Shown here: positions 54,714-64,000 of the stretch, piece after piece | How the letters are laid out: every line of letters starts with the position of its first letter | How positions within the stretch are numbered: position 1 is the stretch's first letter | Assembly: GCA_965285935.1 (NCBI GenBank) | Contig: OZ260663.1 | Coordinates: 34,782,001-34,846,000 of the forward strand | Direction of reading: 5' to 3' | From: Ophelia neglecta | Lineage: Eukaryota | Length of the DNA stretch: 64,000 nt | The notes under the pieces: model-generated | The model's input: the letters and a program-made list of their open reading frames with translations, nothing else | Told to the model about the DNA's origin: nothing | The model's database searches: none | Program-made: the position numbers and the translations under genes

Positions 54714-57700
54714 ATTCTTAACCCTGCCTGATTGGTTGAAGTTTCAGATTAAACGATTGGTAAACTAACAATACATCTAGGACCATCAAAATATTAATAC
54801 ACAAAGAACTGCGGAGCGCAGCATTCTCAACAAATTTATAAAATTGCTCAATAAAGAAATTTTCTCTTCCAATTTGAAGCCGCGACCAAAAAATGTATTA
54901 TTCTCCATGCCGAGCATAACCACCCTCAATATCAACTCAAAGCTTCTATCGCGCTAGTTATCGTCGCCGCTGAAAGTACAGAGAACACGTTTATAAACCC
55001 ACTTTAGGGCTAGGTCAACACATTATAGAACATCTGAATATTATTCCATCACTGACCTTATATTTTATTTATTATTTATCATCTACAAATGCCTTTTCAA
55101 CACCTGAAATAAAAAATATTCTGTAAGGGGTAATGTTAAGAAGGCACCAATAGCAAGCTTTTTATACTAATGTGTAGCTACAAAAGCACACTTCACTTGG
55201 GATTATATACGTACAGCTAGTTTTTCTAAAAAAAACTCAGAATATATTTTTAAACGCTTGGTTTAAGCTGTTTCGAGACGCACAGGAACCAGGTTTTATG
55301 TACTGTTAGTTAGTTAATCCACAATCTGTTTTGATTGAAAATATATAATAGAGTTTTCAATAATGGCGTGAGTTTTTCACCTATTTCTATGTTGTGAAAG
55401 AATGGAATAATCTATGATGCCTTGCTGCATTTATAACATTAATCGTAGACGAAGTGGTTGTGGGTAAACCTAGGTCTGCATGAGTTTGAAACATCATGTA
55501 GTTGATGTGTACACTGCTTCAAAACAACAACAGAAGCCGTTTGGTTGACAATTTCTGCTTCACCTATCTGTTTGTCAATATCACTGTAGCGTAGTCGATA
55601 CAACCCGTCGCTTCGTTCGATTTATAGACATTGGCATCTCTTCCCTTCGGAAGGAGGCAAAGTCGGCAACGGAGAATCGAACTCAACAATTGCCAAGGGC
55701 TACATGCAGTAGCATTGCCCGCCAATCTCTTTTTGCTCTGGAACATAAGGCAAATAGTATAGATGTCGCAGTAGGCGTCCCTACGTCATTTATCGTTCAG
55801 TTCTTAACCAAGTTAATGCGTTTACTATCTTTATTTTTCCCGCCGAGACCCAAGCTGTTTACGGATAGGTTCCTATGTGGAAAGGAGCGCTTATGCAACC
55901 TTGAAAATATCCCAAATCAAATCTGGTGATATAATAGGACCAAAATGGAGCAGTGACTGCTATAAAGGATTTAATTAAAGACCTTACGCATGTTCCCAAT
56001 TTAGGTAACTTAATTAAACGTTATACAGGTGCTGTTCAGGCGCATGCTCAAATATCTTGATCTACGTCCCAATGGATTTTATCATTAAATATAATGCATT
56101 ACCCTTCCCATGTCCTCTGATTACTAGGGCTTATAATGAAGTTGTCCTTTGATTTCCCTCTAGCTACAAAACGAAATTGTCTGCGAGGATTATTGTTTAC
56201 TCATCGCAACTCCGACAAAAAACTTAATACTAAAATAACTAGCATTATAAACAGCTAAAAACAATACTTAATACTGAAGATATCCCTATTATTATAAGTG
56301 TACCAAAAGCAGCAAGTTACACTGAATTTATCATTAGTGTTATGAGGATGTCACACGAATATCACCATGTGGCTAGTGTTTAGTGTCTAATGGCTAACAA
56401 ACAACACATAACAAGCACGACTATAGTCAACGAAGGCCATGCTCAGCACATTTCCGTTCAAAGGCAAATGCAGTCATGCTCATTATGACTCTCCTAAGGC
56501 TAGTTGACAATTGCAAGCTATCTTCAGGGCTTTAGAGTAAGGAACCGGAGGATGGATTTAATTTTCAGCCTCTCCTTGGGCGATAAGTTAATTAAAATAA
56601 GGAAGCGAAAAACAGCACGAACAGAGACCCTGTAAAAAGTGCATGAATTGTTATAACATTCGAAACACGATGACACCACCTGCCCTAGGCAATCAACTAC
56701 ATCACACACTCGTAACATAATAATGTGGCTGGGCCCCAGGTGCTAGCGTCTTGATCACCATAGTTATATTGGCATTGGCTCTCTTTACTCAAAGGGTCTT
56801 AACGTCTCATGGATATTAATGGCTACAGCCCGACTCAGGTAACGGTAATATTCCAGCAGAATCTTACTTCGGCTAAGATTCGTGCTGAATGGATTTAGCT
56901 TCTTAATATCAAAAAGATTGTTCAAAAAGCCAGGGGGTTAATAGTCATTTTTAAATTGTCTCTTAATAAACTATGCTGACAAAGGTCTAACGCTGCTACC
57001 GATAAGGTATACCGGCACAAAGGAACAACAACGACAAACAAAAAGTATAATTTGAAAAGCAAATGGAAGATGTTTTGAATTTGATCCTGTCGTCTGGCAG
57101 TGTTGCTAGTCCTTCTTGTTTGATATATGTCATTATCAAACAACACTCCTGCCATTTTGTATATATACCTTACGGCAAGAACCAACGTCCGGGAAAGATC
57201 ATAAAACCTAGCAAGGAATGATTGTCAGCATAATCTTGCCAATCAATTGGGCATTTCTTTGCAAATTGCTACTTAAAAGATCATTAATAAAACTAAAAAG
57301 ATAAAATGACAGTACCCGTCAGACAATACCGATGGAGTATTAGTGTTGTTTGAAGTGGACAAAACCAAATTCTGCCTAGGCAGTAATAAGTTGGATTTGT
57401 ACCTTTTCAAAATGTTGCTATTGGTCGAGCATGTAATAAAATAAAACCCAAGAAAAGCAGTTGGTGTGGTAGAATGTCGGCTTCTCAATATTGAACAACA
57501 AAAATGGTATTGGCTCACAGCTACGGATATTACATGGGGTCGCATGCCAAGTGCATATTTCATTTAAATTTCATCTATTGCCAAACATGAGTCAAAAATA
57601 TGTCAAAAACCTTGAATGTTCCAAAATGCTCTGATCACAAAATATTATAGAATTATGGCATCTACTGGAAGCCAAGGCTACTATGTGATTAAATAGTGAA

Positions 57701-57998
57701 TATTGATATAAACAAATGTACGTCTTCTGATAACTTTGACATCAGACAAGCTATGTTCGAAAACAAGTTTAAATGCACTATTAAATGAATTCAACAGTAA
57801 GTTTGAGGTCAAGAACAAACTGGCTACTGGTTTAAAAAGACAGTCAATAGTTAATTATTTGTTTATTATTTCTCTACTGAGATATAACGCTCTGGAGGAT
57901 GTTGTTGTTGTTGTTTGGGTGGTTGCGTGGCTTTCAACACTTATCTGGTCATATCGCCACGGTGCCTACTTGTGACAGTGGGCTCAATGCCCTCTTTA

Positions 57999-58977
57999 AG
58001 CCCCTGTCACACTGTGACGAGTTTGGCCCACGAGTTACGACGAGTGCTAGCGAGTTATAATTCGCCGAAAATTCGACGAGTTGACCATGATTTCGAGTGA
58101 TGGAGACATCAGTTCGACTCCTGCTCGAGTTGTGCTCGAGTTCTCTTCCACATTGACACGAGATTAGTACGATAACATTCTATTGAACACGAGTTTAATC
58201 GACATCTGTACGACCTGTGTACGACATCTTCTCGACAGCTGAAGACTTTTCTACGAGAATGTACGAGTTTAGGCGAGACTACACGAGTTTTGGCGACATG
58301 TGTACGGGTTAATGACGAGTTATGACGAGTGAGCTGCGAGAAATGTACGAGTGAGGCCAACATATAGTAATTTGGGTATAAATTCTGGTGGTCCAGCACT
58401 TTTTGGATCAATCTCCAGTTGGTTCTTGTAGGAAAAAACATCACAGCCATGGCGCAGAGGTTCAGAAACATTGAACTTCTGGCCCAGATGGAAGAGGATG
58501 CTGCTGAAGACGATCTTTTTATAGAATCGCCACAACTCGCAGTAATGTCGAGGACATGTCGAACAGAACTCGCAGAAACTCGTACAGATGTTGAAGGGAA
58601 GTCGTACAATCTCGCTGTATGTCGAGCAGAGATCGCGTTCATGTCGCCCAAACTCGCAGATAAACTCGTAGCCCATCGAACGACTTTACAACAGGGCGAG
58701 AAGTGACGACAACTGAAGACATTTCTACCACATGTGTTCGAGTTTTGGCGACACCTCTACGACATGTCTTCAACATGTGTACGAGACGAAAACTCGCACG
58801 ACAATTTTAAACCGTTTAAAATTCTCGCCACCGCTTGACGAGTAAAGGCGACATAAAGAGACATCTCTACGATATGCAAAGACATTGTTTCGAGTCCTAC
58901 ACGACACCTGAAGAGTTGTGGCGAGTTGTAACTCGTGGTAACTCGTGGGCAAAACTCGTCACAGTGTGACAGGGGCT
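57999..58977. mobile_element. Non-autonomous PIF/Harbinger-type DNA transposon (979 bp)
   Basis: About 45-bp TIRs (AGCCCCTGTCACACTGTGACGAGTTT.GCCCACGAGTTAC and its reverse complement), exact TTA TSD at 57996-57998 and 58978-58980, many subterminal CGAGTT/AACTCG motifs, no transposase ORF. Confidence 0.9.
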
Positions 58978-59191
58978 TTAGAGTGCTGCCTCACTGGAGT
59001 ACCTGTCTTAGACACCAGACGGGGAACCCCACCCAGTCACATTATACTTACACCGGGTTGACCAGTCCTGATACTACCCCCGAAATACCAGGCGCCTGGC
59101 AGGGGAGCTATCAGTACCTATTTTTACGTCTTAGGTTTGACGCGATCGACCTTCGAACCCCGATCTCCCACTTGCGAGGCGGACGCCCTAA

Positions 59192-59560
59192 GGGACGCAC
59201 CATTAGATATTTGGGGGGGGGGGGGGGGGGGCGACAAAATATTTTCTAGTGAAACAAAAAATTTTCTAGCTTTGGACAAACAAACAATTTATTTTTTCCT
59301 ATCTGGGAAGCAAACAATTTTTTTTCTAAAATACTCTGTCAAATATTTTTTCCCTAGCCTTGATCAAACTTTAAAATAAAGGCAGTGTTCGCGTTCATAG
59401 TTAGCAATTTTTTTTAAATAAAATATCAGACAAACAATTTATTTTTTCCAGAGTCAGAAACAAACAATTTGTTTTATGCATAACCAGAAACAAAAATTAT
59501 TTTTTTTTAAATTTGTCGCCCCCCCCCCCCCCCCCCCCCAGATATTGAATGGTCCGTCCC
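59192..59560. mobile_element. MITE (369 bp) with poly-G/poly-C TIRs, probably PIF/Harbinger-type
   Basis: TIR GGGACG.ACCATT..ATAT.TG(n)CGACAAA at both ends, flanks TAA/TAT (TWA-type TSD with one mismatch), internal repeats of CAAACAATTTATTTTTTCC. Confidence 0.85.
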
Positions 59561-60959
59561 TATCCACTCGGCCACGCTTTTCGCTCAGGAGGAAGTGAAC
59601 CGCAGTTCAAATGTTGGTATTATCATAAAGGTTTGGAAACAAACATGAGAGGGCATCGTTTCCTTTCTTTGAATAATTATTGGAAAAGTTTCATTTGTTG
59701 TTGTGAAGTTAAAAGCAATTTAGTTTAAATTCGAGTCAGCCGGAGTGAATAGTACTGACACTTATTACCCATTTATTAAATTAAGATACAAATGAGTTTA
59801 GCCAAATGAGATTATAGCCCCTGGAAAAACAATAGAACATAGTTATTCCAGATAATGTGACCATTTTGGATCTATATCTGATCCAGATTAGTCTGCTCTA
59901 TTGCAAAAATGAAAAAAGCACAAGGAACACTATTATTGACAAATATACAGTTTTCCTCTTGCTTCTGTCAGGCAAAACACTCTCAACCTGGCTTAATGTC
60001 TCTATGAGACATATGAGCCTATAGCTAACCATAGCTAACGGCGATTTCGCAAAAAGCTGAATTCAATTAAAATTGAACAAGGAAGACCACACCAATCGTA
60101 CTTAATAACCCTTTGTTTCCATTCAGGTCTGTTTTACCTGTAAAGTCTGTGGCAAGGAGGTCTGGCGTAATCCACAGGATGGTCTGATATTTTACCTTAA
60201 GTCTTCAGAGGTGGGATCAGTCGCTTTCAGGTAAGGTAAAAGGCGGGTCCTATAAACGCTATTGAGATGATATGCCCACCACTAACTATAAGCTGGCTTT
60301 GTTCTTGTCAAGCTTATTTGGAAGCTTCGTCAGATATCTGATTGCGGTTATGAGAGATCTCAGCTGGCCCCTGCTTTGTAATCAAATATATGGCACGGCT
60401 TGGCTCTATAGCTTTTATGTTAGAGTTAATGAATTCACAATGATCCTCATAGAGACATTAAGCGCTTTAAGGATAAATATCCGCGGCCAACCTACTTAAC
60501 AAACTGACTTTGGTTTTGTGGCGATACTGCGTTAGTTTTTGGAGCGTTGATGGTGAACTCTCGGAGCAAGGGAGCAGCTAGCAGTATAGTATTGAATAGG
60601 GCGATAATTAGGGATACTGTTTCATCGGAAACTTATATAATTACTGCGAAATTAAATTATGGCAACCGAATTTTTTTATTTGAAAAAATGCTATTAGTTG
60701 TTTTGTTCTCACAACAAATGTACACTAATTCTGGCACCCTGATTTCGTGTTTTATTTTTTTTCGTCTAACACGTCCTATACCCGAGAAATCTTGTGATGG
60801 GCTGGTGTGGATAGTGCGGTGCGTGTCGCAGAGAGACAACCCACCTAACGTAAAGCGATAGTACCCGCTGGAGTGAAGGCGCAGTTCTGCTTTCTTCCGT
60901 CTGAGCAATTTCGGAAAGCCTTGATGCTGGTGCGGTTTAAATAATGGGCATTTGTTTGC

Positions 60960-61690
60960 TTGGAGCAAGCCAGCTGGTCCTTGAAGGGCCTCTCTTACTA
61001 CACGATGGACGCAGTATTGGTTTAGGTAGTTGGTTTCCGTTGGTAGTTGGATGCCGTTGAGGATTTCAGGCCGGGCTGAGGTGCATGGATCCACCAAGCT
61101 CTTGTGGATCTTGTAGAACAGTATTAGTCTCGTTAGTTTCCTCTCGACAATCCACCCTTTGCCATTTCAGCTGTTGCAACATGCTACCGACAATGATGTG
61201 GTACCATATCTGTTGTAGACATAGGTCGCAGCTCTTCGCTGAACCATTTCAGTCTGCATGAAGTTTTATTTGTCACGGGCTCCCAGGCGGTCGGAGGAAA
61301 CTGGATCAGTGTCCGAACTAGAACAATATTTCTGTTAATGTGTTGGTTACGTCTCAAGAATCCAATGTTCTGGTTTGCTGTCCTGCTGAATTGTGCAGGT
61401 ATCAACTCAGATCACGGGGGGGGGGGGGGGAGACTACTCAAAGGAGCAGGGCATATGACACATGTTCGAGGACTAGGTTGTTTACATGGTAAATAAATCA
61501 AAAGGCTGGCAATTTGGTTTGGTTTGGTTTGGTCGTCCTACACACACTGCACACCCTCCTGGGATGTGACTGTAGGTGAGGCGGTGGTTTCATCAGCAAA
61601 GGGAGATAATGCCATCTTATGCATCGCCGATGTAGTATAAAATCAGGTTTGGTCGCAGGACAGGTCCTTGAGGCAATCTTGGAGAAGCGG
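60960..61690 (-). mobile_element. Decayed non-LTR retrotransposon (CR1-group-like) RT C-terminal fragment
   Basis: Frameshifted motifs in the correct order on the minus strand: PQGPVLRPNLILYYIGD (cf. PQGSVLGPLLFLIYIND), FADET (cf. FADD), ANQNIGFLRRN, LVR...TAWEP, EMVQRRAA, MLQQLKW, RLILFYKIHKSLVD. Confidence 0.85.
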
Positions 61691-64000
61691 TCTGTTTCAT
61701 ATGAGCGCTCTTAGCATAGCACAATTGTTTTCTTCCTGTCTTGGAGGGAGTTTCTGATCCAGTCGTTGCTTTTGCCTTTAATACTATATTGGCTATGATT
61801 ATGGAGGAGTCTCTTTTATTCATAATTTCAAACATTACTTGCACTAGGTTATGTATTTATACCGGTAATTATTGTAAGCTAAAGAGGAATCTTAACAATT
61901 CTTGAATCCTGGCGTGATTGTTAAGGCTTTCGCCACCCATGTTGCATGTAGTATACGGATTCAACCAAGTTTTCCAAAAATGGCCTCTCAAAAAAAGAAA
62001 ATGAATCAAAAGTAACCCATGCCTGTTAACAACATGGGATGCAATCTCCTGAATATGATCCAAATGGAAGTACATGCTGCGGCGTTAGCTGGCACAGAGA
62101 TATTTGTGTGTATATAACGCTTTGATCACGTGCTCTTGAGGTCGGTACACTACATCGATTCAGCTATCAGGATCTCCATCCAGGAGACAGGAGACCTCCT
62201 TATAGACATAGATAAAACCACTTTAAGTGTCGTTCTATGAAAACTTTGGAATTGGTTTTCTTCCAAGGCCAAGCTATGTTCACTGATAAATCTATTTTTT
62301 CAATAAGTTAAAACAGTCTTAAATTCAAACATTGGGACGTGAGCTGACATAGCATTGCAACACAACCATGTACAAACAAGAAACCACCCGACACAGTTCA
62401 TTTGATTTGAATGATGACTCCTTGACACAATCCATCATTTTAGTGGCCCCACGCGCCACTAATGGCCAATACATCTCAAAGAAAGGAGACAGCTGTCCGT
62501 GTTGGATAATGCCACAATCATCATTAGATAGTCGCATTCTAGGAAAGGATGCTAAACATTTATTTAAGAAGGCTTGTAGAAGCTCCCCCACACCATGTAG
62601 TAAAGTGGATTAGCCCAGAAAGAGTCCGGTTTCTGATTGGGGACAAAAGAAAGAACACTTGCTCAATATAACGGACAGAACATAGATTACACAGTCCAAA
62701 ATAATTAGTAAGGAGTTAAGTTTAGATTAATTCGTAAAAGGCCAAAACGTAGAGAGCTAACCAAGTGTCCAAAAATGTCCACATAAACATACATAAAGAT
62801 AGACCTAACTCTCAGCTAGGAGTAAAACTGGTTGGTTCTGGAGATATTTCAAAATCACAGTCGTAATGAGTGAATCGTTCATACTAGAATGCAATATTGT
62901 GCGTCATGTAAACACAAAAATATGCGAACCAGAAACTTGCACCAATAGAAAACAATAAACGAATGAACAAATAAGTGTTTCCAAAGGGCGTGGGAGTTTG
63001 TTTTTTATTTGGAAATATTCTGGTCCGCGGGTTCTCGACCCATCAAATGAAAGAGTAGCACTTTCTCCTAAGGTGTCAGTTTTGTGATAAGCGAAAATTA
63101 TGATGATCCCTGCTGTACATGTTTTCGTCTCTGCAGATCTAAAGACCTATCACGGTTTCCGAAAGTTATATGACAGTCGAGAATGACAAAATTGATGTAT
63201 CACATATGTGCTATGTGATTAGGTATTCTCCAAGAGCACTAGAAATACCCACCAACAGATATCATGAAACAATTCTTCCGCAGATACTTGCCCCTTCGTC
63301 TGTGAGGTTTTAACATTTTAAAGGGTTTAAAAATAGTTCAGACGTAACAGAAGCCTACTAGATTGAACGCACTAAGCACTTAGCATAATTATCCCACCCA
63401 TATAAAAATAAAACAACAAAAAATTCCATCAAAACTCGATTTTTCCGCTTGGATGTGATATCAATATGTGCACTCGAAAACAACAATCAATTATATCAAT
63501 GTCATTACTAGTATTTTAATTATAATCAAATATAATAATACACAAGACAATAAACTCCAAATACTCCTAACCATTATGATATGCATTTATTAGTGCATGA
63601 GCAGGTCCATTGGGGTTCTAAATAGAGAATAGAGGATTTCCATTGAGTTCTTGTCATTCATGCAATTAAAGGCTAATGGAAATGTGGCAAACACAAACAT
63701 TACACAAAAGCTCCTTTGGAAGTACCAAGGTCAATCCCTACTGAAGCCGTGTTTGCTTCCTGCGGCAACTAAGCTGTGTTATTACCAAGCGCCCGGTAAA
63801 TCAATGACTCCTGCCTCTCAATTGGTTAGGCTCCGGGGTTATTGGAAATCTTTAGGAATCTTCAAGTCCTAATACATTTACAAAGATACATACAGAACAA
63901 TCCAGAGGTTTAATTAATAAAACTTCAGACTGTGAGACTGTGAAATGTCGTCCAATATTGTTATTACATTATATAATGATGATAGTTAAATGAATGTTTG

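Larger units (their letters stand above)
57900..59581 (-). mobile_element. tRNA-derived SINE (central region resembling the V-SINE domain), split by two DNA-transposon insertions
   Basis: After removing the inserts the minus strand reads GCGTGGCCGAGTGG (A box)...GGGGTTCGAA (B box)...AGGACTGGTCAACCCGGTGTAAGTATAATGTGACTGGGTGGGG...(AAC)n tail. Flanked by a 12-bp TSD CGCTC(T/A)GGAGGA at 57888-57899 and 59582-59593. The family assignment is from recall. Confidence 0.85.

Noticed and set aside
58109-58706. 180-, 118- and 95-aa ORFs as a transposase
   Set aside because: No DDE or MADF motifs; they mostly read through subterminal repeats of a non-autonomous element.
59140-59581. tRNA gene
   Set aside because: The A/B boxes belong to the SINE head; no complete cloverleaf is present.

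Overview
AT-rich eukaryotic genomic DNA, not prokaryotic; the gene family and repeat types suggest a lophotrochozoan invertebrate such as an annelid (inference). One protein-coding gene can be assembled on the + strand with canonical GT-AG sites and consistent phases. It encodes a ~507-aa type-I membrane protein: signal peptide, SUEL/rhamnose-binding-type lectin, CUB, sushi/CCP-like module, stalk, TM with GxxxGxxxG, and an Arg-rich, Tyr/Cys-containing tail (body exons 47861-54394). The main surprise is that the ~43 kb upstream holds three apparently paralogous signal-peptide exons (6045, 24230, 43463), spaced 18-19 kb apart. Each has 36-39 codons plus 1 nt and a phase-1 donor, so each can splice in frame onto the single lectin exon; this resembles a variable-first-exon/constant-body layout. 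The rest is non-coding: three tandem arrays (21-, 30- and 43-bp units), a tRNA-SINE carrying two nested PIF/Harbinger-type insertions, a decayed LINE RT, older SINE/MITE remnants and poly-G tracts. Most ORFs in the supplied track are spurious. All calls are by eye, with no database searches run.
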